A stretch of DNA of 42,484 bases from the IMG/VR virus record IMGVR_UViG_3300045988_021623, positions 1 through 42,484 of that record; one strand, 5' to 3'. Of the stretch, positions 6,529 through 14,286 are shown one piece after another (position 1 is the stretch's first letter; each line of letters opens with the position of its first letter). The translations under genes and the position numbers were made by a program. The notes under the pieces are model-generated. The model was not told the DNA's origin. It saw only the letters and a program-made list of their open reading frames with translations, and did not search any database. The stretch comes from a virus.

Positions 6529-7345
6529 TACTACCCTCCAACACCGACTTGACATACCGCAGGCGCTTATTCGCCTTGTCCCGTCGCAGGTTGTCGCCCT
6601 TGAATACCAGCGGCGTGCACATCTCGATCACGCGATCATAGATGCGCTGGTAGTCCATGTTCTTTGGCTTGCATAGCTCGTCCAGCGTCAGGTTCGTGGT
6701 GACAATCAGCGGCTTTTTGGACTTGTATCGCTCGTCAATGACCGTATAGACCGTCTCCATCGCGTACTCGCTGCTGCGTTCCGCGCCGAGATCGTCGATC
6801 ACCATCAGCGGATAGTAATGCACCTGCTCGATGATCTCCTGCTTGTCGTATCCAGCGTTGAGAATGCGTGGGAAACTCGTAATCATCGCCGGGATACCGC
6901 GGTCAATCAGCTCGTTGGCGATGCACGCCGCCGCGAAGGTCTTGCCGTTCCCGGTGTTTCCCCACAGCAGCAGGCCGCTATTCTCGCGCCGCATATCGTC
7001 CCATGCGTCGGCGTAGCGCTTGCACTTGACGATTTCCTCGCTCATCGTTGCCTTGTCGAACCGGCACGCCGTCAGGCTCTTGTCGCGGATTCCGTCAGCA
7101 CGCAGCGTTTCGATGCGCAGTCGCTTTTCGCGGTCAGCGCGTGCTTTTTTTTCGGCCTCGTATTCTCGCGCCGCGCAAGCACACTGACACCCGACAAGGC
7201 GGACGCCCCCGCCGATTGGGATCCGGCACTGCTTCGGCGTGTTGCAATGGCCGCAGTACAGCAGCCCGTCTTTCTCGTAGTCGACCAGATCGCGCACAGG
7301 CTCAGCCTTTTCCGCGATGCTGTCGATCAATGCGTCAACGTTCAT
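6518..7345 (-). CDS. DnaC/IstB-like AAA+ helicase loader with N-terminal zinc ribbon
   Basis: Walker A LLLWGNTGNGKTFAA, Walker B PLMVIDDLGAE, KPLIVTTNL, and an N-terminal CGHC...C.C motif. Confidence 0.8.
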   Translation of the reverse strand: MNVDALIDSIAEKAEPVRDLVDYEKDGLLYCGHCNTPKQCRIPIGGGVRLVGCQCACAAREYEAEKKARADREKRLRIETLRADGIRDKSLTACRFDKATMSEEIVKCKRYADAWDDMRRENSGLLLWGNTGNGKTFAAACIANELIDRGIPAMITSFPRILNAGYDKQEIIEQVHYYPLMVIDDLGAERSSEYAMETVYTVIDERYKSKKPLIVTTNLTLDELCKPKNMDYQRIYDRVIEMCTPLVFKGDNLRRDKANKRLRYVKSVLEGSNGR

Positions 7346-7995
7346 AGGCTTCCCTCCGTGTTGCCGTAGTCGTAGTGATACCCTCTGCCGCTCTCGGGCA
7401 GCTCATCGTCCCACCGGCCTTGATTCAGCCATGTGGCGGGGTGTGGAATAAACTGCCCGTTGTTCTGCGTCCATTGGTCGCTGCACTTCTGCCGCTCCAC
7501 TGCGGTCACAAGTGTTTCGAGTGGTACTTTGACCCGCTCGAAAGCTCTCTTAGCAGACTGTTTCCCGATTTTTCGCGGGTAAACTGACCAGAAACGCTCG
7601 AATGCGTCCCCCGTAGAGGGGGATTTAGGGGGTATATCGTCTTCTGTCTTATGTTCTATGTCTTCTGTCTTATGTCTTATGTTATTAGTAGGCTTGCATT
7701 TGCTTACATTTGCTTGCGTTTGCTTGCGTTTGCTTGCATTTGCTTTTGACGCTCTGCCGCCAGCCGCTCCGTTTTGAGCCAGCGCACCGGATTTTTGAGC
7801 GTCACGGTCGACGACCGCCTTAAATACTGGGAATAAAAGAGACTCTCTCCCGAGTGTATCGGGGATTTCACCCGACCTTGCATATTCCAAAATCGCAACA
7901 AACAAACGGCCTTTTTCGTCATCTTCCAGTGCTGCTGTTTGCTCGATCCAGTCGTAATATGCCTTTACATAGCACCTTGTAGATGCAGCTCCCAT
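7342..7995 (-). CDS. Replisome organizer (DnaD-like N-terminal domain) carrying internal origin iterons
   Basis: N-terminus YVKAYYDWIEQTAALEDDEKGRLFVAILEYARSGEIP. The central linker is encoded by tandem DNA repeats. The gene sits directly upstream of the loader gene. Confidence 0.65.
   Translation of the reverse strand: MGAASTRCYVKAYYDWIEQTAALEDDEKGRLFVAILEYARSGEIPDTLGRESLLFPVFKAVVDRDAQKSGALAQNGAAGGRASKANASKRKQTQANVSKCKPTNNIRHKTEDIEHKTEDDIPPKSPSTGDAFERFWSVYPRKIGKQSAKRAFERVKVPLETLVTAVERQKCSDQWTQNNGQFIPHPATWLNQGRWDDELPESGRGYHYDYGNTEGSL
7640..7746. repeat. Candidate origin of replication: two iteron families
   Basis: TCTTCTGTCTTATGT occurs twice (7640-7654 and 7661-7675). A 10-bp unit TGCTT(G/A)C(A/G)TT is repeated in about 6 tandem copies (7691-7746). 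Confidence 0.6.
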
Positions 7996-8007
7996 GCCGT
8001 CACCGCC

Positions 8008-8421
8008 TTAAAATGGTAGCTCGGATTCGTCCTCGCTGACTTCCGTAAAGTCGCCTGCGGCGCTCTCTGGGGCGATCTGAGGCTCGGTGCTATCGGTGCG
8101 CTTACTGTCACCGAAATAGATGTTGTCGGCGATGATTTCCGCGTTGCGTCGCTTATTGCCTTCCTTGTCTATCCAGTCGCGGACGGTGAGCTTCCCCTCG
8201 ACCACGACCATGCGGCCCTTGCCGAGATACTGGCAGACAAACTCGGCTGCCTGTCGCCATGCTACTACATCGAGAAAATAGGTTTTCTTCTCGCCGGTTG
8301 CCTTGCTCTTGAAATCGTCGTCGACGGCAACGGTGAAGCTCGTGACCGCCGTTCCGTCCTGCGTGCGGCGCAGTTCCAGATCGCGCGTGATGCGACCCAT
8401 GATGCAGACTCTGTTTAACAT
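8008..8421 (-). CDS. ssb: Single-stranded DNA-binding protein
   Basis: MLNRVCIMGRITRDLELRRT..G, an OB-fold pattern, and an acidic C-terminal tip DESELPF. Confidence 0.9.
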   Translation of the reverse strand: MLNRVCIMGRITRDLELRRTQDGTAVTSFTVAVDDDFKSKATGEKKTYFLDVVAWRQAAEFVCQYLGKGRMVVVEGKLTVRDWIDKEGNKRRNAEIIADNIYFGDSKRTDSTEPQIAPESAAGDFTEVSEDESELPF

Positions 8422-8723
8422 GATTCGTCCTCCAAATAGTTTTTCTTGAATACGTCCATAAAAGTGTCATGGCCGTAAAGCTCTTCAAAGCGTTTCTGGC
8501 ACTCGCGTTTCAGTTGCATATCCAGTTCGTGCCCGTCTTTCCCGTGCACGCCGTAGTCGGCCATGTTGTGCCAGTCGGCACGTAGCCACACCCAGCACCC
8601 CCAAATGTCGGATAGCTGTCTGCGACCGCCGCCATAAATGTGATGCCGCGCGAGGTTCGTCGAGAACCCAGAGATATAGCATTCTCTCTTGTCCTGCATG
8701 ATGCTTTTAGTCATCTGCCCCAT
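8415..8723 (-). CDS. His-Me finger (HNH/Ref-like) protein, putative nuclease
   Basis: Contains ECYISG...LARHHIYGGGRRQLSDIWG.WVWL....HN....GVHG. Confidence 0.4.
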   Translation of the reverse strand: MGQMTKSIMQDKRECYISGFSTNLARHHIYGGGRRQLSDIWGCWVWLRADWHNMADYGVHGKDGHELDMQLKRECQKRFEELYGHDTFMDVFKKNYLEDESC

Positions 8724-9232
8724 TCCTCCTTTAGTGCGTCAAGCTGTTGTGGGGTCAAGGTCTCAATGCCCAGCTCCTTGCAATCCTGCACGATGTTGTC
8801 AATCAGGCGAGACATTTGCCTTGTGTCAAAGGTGGACGAGCCGTAATACAGCACCACATTCTTGCAGCCGTCGAGTTTGCTATCCATCACTTCCGTCTGC
8901 CAGCCGATACCGTTCTTGTTCCAGCCGTCGCATAGCTTCTGCACGGCCTTCTCACGCACACAGACGGTTTCTGTGTTCCCTCCGACGTCCCGCACCTCTC
9001 TCCGGTAAATCTCGCTCTTGGGCGTTCCTGTGGCTTCTGCGAGCTTATCCAGCAGCACCCATGAGTAAGCATTGGCATCGAGGCTCCGTTTCTCACGGTG
9101 CTTTTTGACGGTCACATCAACATCAACCTCATGCAGCTCGTCATACAGTGTTCCGACGTTCTCCCGCGTTGCGATGGTGAGCAAATACCCACCATCGCGC
9201 GCAAGGGATAGATCATGCAGTCGGGCTTTCAT
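8711..9232 (-). CDS. NinB/Orf-like recombination mediator
   Basis: KRSLDANAYSWVLLDKLAE and YYGSSTFDTRQMSRLIDNIVQDCKELGIE parallel lambda NinB RSLDQNRKLWACLGDVS and GQSTSRMRVGEFAELLELIQ. Confidence 0.55.
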   Translation of the reverse strand: MKARLHDLSLARDGGYLLTIATRENVGTLYDELHEVDVDVTVKKHREKRSLDANAYSWVLLDKLAEATGTPKSEIYRREVRDVGGNTETVCVREKAVQKLCDGWNKNGIGWQTEVMDSKLDGCKNVVLYYGSSTFDTRQMSRLIDNIVQDCKELGIETLTPQQLDALKEEWGR

Positions 9233-9995
9233 TTGCTTTTCTCCTCGCCATCATGCACGCCCAGCAGAGCGGCGCTTTATAAGTCTTTCGCGCGTTCTCC
9301 GCGATCTCTGCAACGGAATACGACTTGCCGCCGTGCGTCACCGGGTAGATGGGCTTGCCGCAGTCCTTGCAGGTGTTTTTCTCAACATCGCGCTTGTACT
9401 GTGCGTTAAATGCGTCCATCTCTTCCTTACTCGGCTTCTTGTCCTGCTTGGGCAGTTTTTCTGCTTTCCCATTGCTCGGGGTTCTGGTATCATCAACCGG
9501 GTCGCGGAACGAATCACTCTCCGCTTCGCTGTAAATGCCGGAATAAGCGAGCTTGGAAAGTTTCAGCACAACGCGGTCAAACATACGCTTAAATGCCATC
9601 GCATACGGATAATCGTTCTTGCAGTTTTTCTGTGTGACTTCGCCAACCTCATATAATCCCTGGTCTTTATCGCAATAGGTAAACACCAGCGCGCCGCCGT
9701 ATCCGCACTTATCTTCGGTAACGGACATCGGATTAAACGGCTTTTCCAATTTGTCGTTGATTTTCAAGCAGCCGTTGTGAGAGATAATCAGACCTGTATA
9801 ACCCATCTTGCCGCTTTTCGTCTCGTTCATCAGAATCCAAAAATCTGCGGGGGAAAGTCCATACTTACCGCTTTCGATGATCTCGCAAGCCTTTTTCTTG
9901 CTCTCTTTGTACTTATCGGATTGCCAAACTGGGATTTTCTTCCCCTGCTTTTGGCTGTATTCCTCTTTGTTCTCACCAAAGTTGTACTCCATCAC
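9213..9995 (-). CDS. Putative single-strand annealing/recombination protein with C-terminal zinc ribbon
   Basis: Lies between the Gp157 and NinB-like genes. Contains YPYAMAFKRMFDRVVLKL and a C-terminal CKDCGK...CWAC. The family assignment is uncertain. Confidence 0.35.
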   Translation of the reverse strand: MMEYNFGENKEEYSQKQGKKIPVWQSDKYKESKKKACEIIESGKYGLSPADFWILMNETKSGKMGYTGLIISHNGCLKINDKLEKPFNPMSVTEDKCGYGGALVFTYCDKDQGLYEVGEVTQKNCKNDYPYAMAFKRMFDRVVLKLSKLAYSGIYSEAESDSFRDPVDDTRTPSNGKAEKLPKQDKKPSKEEMDAFNAQYKRDVEKNTCKDCGKPIYPVTHGGKSYSVAEIAENARKTYKAPLCWACMMARRKANESPTA

Positions 9996-10477
9996 TTCAC
10001 CCCCATGCTCATGCCCTGTACAAGCGTCGCACCGTCGATTTCGGCGCCGCTTTTCAGCAACGGGGCAAGGTCAGTCTTGCTCACCGTGGGGGCGTTGTAA
10101 GTAACCTCGCCGTCGTGACCGTTGGCGAGCATCCACGCCACCACCGCGCCCATGTCGGAGACCTCCACACTGGTGGTTTTGCGATAACTGATGGAGCATC
10201 GGGGAGTGGAAAACTTCTCGCCGTTCAGAACAGAATCGAGATATTTTTTCTTGCTCTCTGCCGCGCGCTCTAAAGCCTGTCTGCGTGCCGCAAGGGTCTT
10301 CTCTTCTTCGCGGATTGCCTTTGCTTCGGCAACATCGTTTTTAATCCAAAGCGCGATGTTCTCGATCTTCTGCTCTCTTGCCATGTTCAGCTCCAAGAGC
10401 TTTTCAACGTCAAGGATTTCGCCGGTCTCGGCATCTACACATCCCGCAAGCGCGGAATCAATCTGATAAAGGTTCAT
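9992..10477 (-). CDS. Siphovirus Gp157-family protein
   Basis: MNLYQIDSAL...EKLLELNMAREQKIENIALWIKN, a coiled-coil N-terminus typical of Sipho_Gp157. Confidence 0.7.
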   Translation of the reverse strand: MNLYQIDSALAGCVDAETGEILDVEKLLELNMAREQKIENIALWIKNDVAEAKAIREEEKTLAARRQALERAAESKKKYLDSVLNGEKFSTPRCSISYRKTTSVEVSDMGAVVAWMLANGHDGEVTYNAPTVSKTDLAPLLKSGAEIDGATLVQGMSMGVK

Positions 10478-10622
10478 CTTTTACCTCCGTAATATTGTCT
10501 GTGCCACAATAAGGGCACACGGTTTGAGTGGTAATCGTCCAGTTCTCATCGTCCAGATTTTCGCGGTATGCATAAAGAGCTGGCTTTCGGAAATCCGCGC
10601 CGCAAGACCAGCAGTGCATCAT
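10458..10622 (-). CDS. Small zinc-ribbon protein (54 aa)
   Basis: The product is MMHCWSCGADFRKPALYAYRENLDDENWTITTQTVCPYCGTDNITEVKDEPLSD. Its ATG overlaps the upstream stop (ATGA). It is below the ORF-track cut-off. Confidence 0.45.
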   Translation of the reverse strand: MMHCWSCGADFRKPALYAYRENLDDENWTITTQTVCPYCGTDNITEVKDEPLSD

Positions 10623-11158
10623 TCCTCCGCCTCCAAATACACCATTGCGCTCTGCACGCCGAACACGCGCGCCGCCTGATGGTCGTTGAAAAACACGTCG
10701 ATGTGGTTCCCGTTTACGCCGCCGCCGCAGTCTTCCGAGATGTAGCTGCGCTGCGTGCCGTCCGGACAGATCAGCAGGACGTGCGTGCCGTAAGGGATCA
10801 CCTTCGGGTCAACCGCAATCGTGCGTCCCTCGGTCGCCAGCGTGCCGGTCGCGGTGTAGCCGCTTGCCCATTTGCCGCAGCAGCAGCGCCCGGGGCAATA
10901 GGCCGTGAGCGTAAACTCACCGAGAAAAACGTCGTTGCACACCGCGCTTTCGGTCGCGGGAATGTCCCACGCAGGGTCATGCTCCTCTACGATGGGGGTT
11001 TCTTCCGGTTCCGCATCGACCGCCTGTGCGCTGGTGGCGAGGATTGAGATCGCGATCAAGAGGATCGTCGCGCCCAAACACGCCGCCGCAATCAGTGCCG
11101 ATTCGTCGGCCTTGCGCTGCTCTCTCGTGCGCTTGTAGTGCCGTCTCACCGCCTGCAC
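10619..11158 (-). CDS. Membrane-anchored 3D-domain (RlpA/MltA-like double-psi barrel) cell-wall protein
   Basis: N-terminal TM segment LIAAACLGATILLIAISILA. FTLTAYCPG..CCGKWASGYTATG...GRTIAVDPKVIPYGT...EDCGGGVNGNHIDVFF is the 3D-domain pattern. Start codon is GTG. Confidence 0.7.
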   Translation of the reverse strand: MQAVRRHYKRTREQRKADESALIAAACLGATILLIAISILATSAQAVDAEPEETPIVEEHDPAWDIPATESAVCNDVFLGEFTLTAYCPGRCCCGKWASGYTATGTLATEGRTIAVDPKVIPYGTHVLLICPDGTQRSYISEDCGGGVNGNHIDVFFNDHQAARVFGVQSAMVYLEAEE

Positions 11159-11301
11159 CCCCTGTCGAGATACGGCAGCAACTCATACAGCACCTTGCAC
11201 ACCGCGCACGCGCCGATGACGGCAAGCCCCGTCGTAAAGTCGCAGCCGTTCAGCGCGATCACCGCAGCGGCAATGCCGCCGAAAAACAACGTATCGATCA
11301 T
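11146..11301 (-). CDS. Small hydrophobic protein (51 aa)
   Basis: The product is MIDTLFFGGIAAAVIALNGCDFTTGLAVIGACAVCKVLYELLPYLDRGCRR. Its ATG overlaps the upstream stop (ATGA). Confidence 0.45.
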   Translation of the reverse strand: MIDTLFFGGIAAAVIALNGCDFTTGLAVIGACAVCKVLYELLPYLDRGCRR

Positions 11302-11543
11302 TTCGCGCCTCCGATCAGCATGAGCTTTTCCGCGTCCGTAAATTGCAAAACTCGGTCAAGCTCCCAAATTTCATCTAAAGTCCAGCGGGAACGCCCCGCC
11401 ATGCGATTGCAGATTTGCGTTTCCGATAGGCCGATTTCCTCGCCCAGCTCCTTGCCGGTGCGAATCAACGCCCGTCCCATCGCGCCGCGCACGGCTCGCT
11501 CAAGGTCGTTTCGCCGTCGCGTTAACTGTTGTGGCTTTAGCAT
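11298..11543 (-). CDS. Small HTH-like regulator
   Basis: Internal ATG at 11543 follows AAAGGAAAAGG. Product MLKPQQLTRRRNDLERAVRG...IGLSETQICNRMAGRSRWTLDEIWELDRVL. Confidence 0.5.
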   Translation of the reverse strand: MLKPQQLTRRRNDLERAVRGAMGRALIRTGKELGEEIGLSETQICNRMAGRSRWTLDEIWELDRVLQFTDAEKLMLIGGAK

Positions 11544-12286
11544 CTTGCCTTTTCCTTTCTTCCGTGCTACAATAAGCACGGACACAATATCTTGTGGTGA
11601 GATTTGTCCCACCCGCCCCGCTCGATGCTGCAACATTGGGCGGGGCATTTTTTATGCCTTGCGTTTCGAATCAGTACCATGCCAAGGCAAAACGTCGCAA
11701 CTCCTCTGCGGTTCTCTGCGGTTCTCTTCCACTGCTAATCAGAGCCACTCGAGCCTTCGCAACTCCGCTGCAGCACTTTGCTGAACTATTCCTCTGCGTT
11801 GCTATGCCTTGCTATGCCTTGCCTAGCTATGCCGTCGCTAGTCTCTGCTTTTCGCTACCATGCCGCCGCGAAACACCGCCTTGCCAAACCATTGCGTTAC
11901 CTTCCAATGCTGTACAGTTCACATCATTGCCGTCGCTCTCGCTACTCTGTGCAAAGCGGTTCAGTGCCGTTGCATCTCAAGGCCATACCGTAGCATCTCT
12001 AAGCGATTCCGCAGCGTATCACTGCTGAGCAGTTCCCTCGCTCTGCTCGGCGAATCATCGCCCTTCCTAGCTCTTCCCTTGCCATGCCCTGCCACGTCCG
12101 GCTGAGCGCTTCCATTGCTGCTCACGGCGAATCTGAGCAATCCCATTGCTGTGCTGTTACGACCCATGCAGTGCAGTTCCGACGCTAATCAAGGCAAGTC
12201 TATACCATCGCGCTGCTTCTCCGGTCCCTGCTACTCGCTACCAATGCTGTGCTGTGCTTCGCATTACGAAGCGATTCCTTTGCGCG
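11544..12286 (-). other. ORF-free, strand-skewed, repeat/hairpin-rich region inside the early operon (candidate long ncRNA or protein-binding array)
   Basis: No RBS-preceded ORF is present. The track ORFs here overlap in several frames and have non-protein-like composition. The plus strand is pyrimidine-rich and A-poor. There are tandem 10-mers at 11704-11723 and 11801-11820, plus recurring GCA(A/T)TGG words and duplicated hairpin modules. Confidence 0.5.
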
Positions 12287-12880
12287 TTACTCGATTTCCT
12301 CCCAGCGGAATCTGCCTTTTCCACTGTTTCGCCACTGGCCAATGCCGGAGAAGCGTCCATAGTCCAGCCAGTCGCGCACAACGTCGATGTGGTCGTCGCA
12401 CAGGCAGACCACCGTAAACTCGCACGTTGCCCCGGCGGGGATTTCCTCGCTCATGGCAAGGCTGACGCGCTCGCCCTGCGCCGTCTGCGCTCTCAGCGGG
12501 CGCTGGCACTCCTTGATCTCACCGTCAAAAAGAATTGGAATGGTGCGCGGCTCGGGGAAAATCAGCTTGTCGATTTCCTTCTTATAGGCCTTGATTTTGC
12601 TGCTGGACGAATCCTTGACCTTGCGCAGACCGCCGCAGGTGTCCTTGAAAAAGCCCTTGATTTGGTAGTCGTACAAAAACGGCGTGCCGTCGTCCAGTCG
12701 CGGGAAAATGGTCATGGACTTCTCGGCAACCGCATCCGCGCCGAGCGCCGCCACCTCGTCCTCCACGCTCGCCGCATCGGGCGCGTGGCTGCCGATAAAC
12801 TCGCGGTAAATGTCAGGGTTCGCAGGGCTGGTACCGAGAATTGGCTCGATAAACGTTAATTTAACTTTGAGTTCTTTCAT
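12287..12880 (-). CDS. Hypothetical early protein with RAMP-like C-terminal glycine-rich loop
   Basis: 197-aa ORF, first gene after the cro-like gene, preceded by AGGAGGAAATGAAAAG. It ends with YGRFSGIGQWRNSGKGRFRWEEIE. Confidence 0.7.
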   Translation of the reverse strand: MKELKVKLTFIEPILGTSPANPDIYREFIGSHAPDAASVEDEVAALGADAVAEKSMTIFPRLDDGTPFLYDYQIKGFFKDTCGGLRKVKDSSSSKIKAYKKEIDKLIFPEPRTIPILFDGEIKECQRPLRAQTAQGERVSLAMSEEIPAGATCEFTVVCLCDDHIDVVRDWLDYGRFSGIGQWRNSGKGRFRWEEIE

Positions 12881-12904
12881 CTTTTCATTTCCTCCTGTTG
12901 TGTG

Positions 12905-13111
12905 TTAGTTCTCTTCGCTGGATTTCAGCAGCGAATCCATGGTAACGCCGAAGTGCTTTGCCAGCTTCTTGACTTGGCGCGGATGCGGGCGGCACACGCT
13001 CTCTTTCCAGTTTTTGATCGATGTCTGCGATACGTCGATTTCTTTTGCAAGACGGTAATTCGTCTCGCCATGCTCGGCTTGCAGTCGAGCCAGATTTTCA
13101 GGGAAACTCAA
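12905..13111 (-). CDS. Cro-like XRE-family HTH regulator
   Basis: TTG start with GGAGGG 6 nt upstream. Contains NYRLAKEIDVSQTSIKNWKESVCRPHPRQVKKLAKHFGVTMDSLL. Confidence 0.75.
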   Translation of the reverse strand: MSFPENLARLQAEHGETNYRLAKEIDVSQTSIKNWKESVCRPHPRQVKKLAKHFGVTMDSLLKSSEEN

Positions 13112-13189
13112 ATTTTGCCCTCCTTCCTAAGTGTTGCCCCTCCAACTCCTGTGTGATAAAATGGAGTAAAGAAGGGAGGTGAATTACCT
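13112..13189. promoter_or_regulatory. Divergent switch region (early-lytic leftward and rightward promoters)
   Basis: Lies between divergent genes. On the plus strand, an extended -10 (TGATAAAAT) follows TTGCCC at 17-nt spacing. Confidence 0.4.
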
Positions 13190-13390
13190 GTGAAGCAATT
13201 TTCTGATTTTCAAAAATCCATAAACTTCGACAAATTGGATTACGATATGTCAAAGTTAGCCGATAAATCACTTTTGCAATCAAGTGATTTATTTACGCAG
13301 GAACAATACGATTTTTTGACAAAAACAACCGCCGTCATGCTTCTTGGGCTTCTTCGTCAGTATCACGAATGGCTGAACGAAAAGAATTAA
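13190..13390 (+). CDS. Hypothetical small protein
   Basis: GTG start after GAAGGGAGG; 66 aa. Its 3' end overlaps the convergent ORF 13335..13529. Confidence 0.45.
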   Translation: MKQFSDFQKSINFDKLDYDMSKLADKSLLQSSDLFTQEQYDFLTKTTAVMLLGLLRQYHEWLNEKN

Positions 13391-13529
13391 CCATCGTTTC
13401 AAGGCAGTCCGAGATTGTAGTTCGGCCAACTTCTTTCTCGCCGATCAAAACTGAAATTTCCCTGCTTCGCTGGCCTTGTAGTGCAAGTACAAGGTCAGCG
13501 ATTTCTTTCGCCGTTGCCTCAATTTTCAC
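13335..13529 (-). CDS. Hypothetical small protein
   Basis: GTG at 13529 lies 5 nt after GGAGGTG. Product VKIEATAKEIADLVLALQGQRS... Confidence 0.45.
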   Translation of the reverse strand: MKIEATAKEIADLVLALQGQRSREISVLIGEKEVGRTTISDCLETMVNSFRSAIRDTDEEAQEA

Positions 13530-13741
13530 TTTTTCACCTCCAAAATTAGAGTATTCTATTGACAAATTGGAGCATTGGTGTTACTCTAAGTTTTGCTACA
13601 AACATTGATTCGCGCCAGCTCGATTTGTCGGGGTGGTCTGGTCTTTTATTGCCTGTCCACGGTTTTTAGTATACTCCAGACTTGAGTATTTGTCAATAAA
13701 GACTTGACCGTTGGATTGCACAAGTATAGAGGATTGAATTT

Positions 13742-14095
13742 ATGCCATTTACTCAAAACTTCAATTACTGCATGGAGCAAAAGAAATACACCGCGTACAA
13801 GTTTGCAAAAATAATTGGCGCGAGTAACCAGGGTGTTTTGAATTGGCAGTCCGGAGAGTGCATTCCATATCCAAAAACCAAAAAGAAGATCGCTGACCAT
13901 TTCGGCATCACCCTTGCCGAGTTGGACGGCGACGAGTTTCCCGTCCTGCCGGAAGATGGCGCAAAAAAAGCCCCCGCCACAGATGGCGAGGGCGAAAAGG
14001 ACGCGCTTATTAAAGCTGTCAGGGAAATAACCGATAAAGATACGGCGCTGGCTGTTTTCGATGAGCTTAGTAAAAAAATGCGGGAGCTGATGTAA
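13742..14095 (+). CDS. XRE-family HTH regulator (CI-like repressor candidate)
   Basis: Contains YTAYKFAKIIGASNQGVLNWQSGECIPYPKTKKKIADHFGITLAEL. The region is AT-rich. Confidence 0.7.
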   Translation: MPFTQNFNYCMEQKKYTAYKFAKIIGASNQGVLNWQSGECIPYPKTKKKIADHFGITLAELDGDEFPVLPEDGAKKAPATDGEGEKDALIKAVREITDKDTALAVFDELSKKMRELM

Positions 14096-14286
14096 TGCCT
14101 ACTTTCTACCCATCGAATCCGCAAGACCCCATGAAAACCGAAGCGGAGCGGAAAGACCATGAGCGGCTGCAAAAAGAGCAAGGCGAAAAAGAACGCCGCG
14201 AGAAAATGCGGTTTATTATTACTGCTGTTCTTTCTGGCATTGCGGCGCTCGCTGCTGTTGCAGGAGTGATAATTCAACTTGCTTGA
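14095..14286 (+). CDS. Small tail-anchored membrane protein
   Basis: Charged N-terminus followed by a C-terminal TM segment MRFIITAVLSGIAALAAVAGVIIQLA. Its start overlaps the upstream stop (TAATG). Confidence 0.5.
   Translation: MPTFYPSNPQDPMKTEAERKDHERLQKEQGEKERREKMRFIITAVLSGIAALAAVAGVIIQLA

Noticed and set aside
11650-12290. Possible CRISPR mini-array or solitary repeat units next to a RAMP-like protein
   Set aside because: There are no regularly spaced repeats of 24-40 nt. The repeated words are short (8-15 nt), degenerate and irregularly spaced.
11594-12417. Overlapping plus-strand ORFs (144, 71, 81 and 100 aa) and the minus-strand ORF 11961..12167
   Set aside because: They lie in mutually overlapping frames, have no RBS, and have Cys/Leu/Ser/Pro- or Arg/Gly-rich low-information composition. 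The open frames are explained by the scarcity of A on the plus strand, which makes stop codons rare.
13646-13900. 84-aa minus-strand ORF
   Set aside because: It overlaps the well-supported plus-strand XRE gene 13742..14095 and has no RBS.
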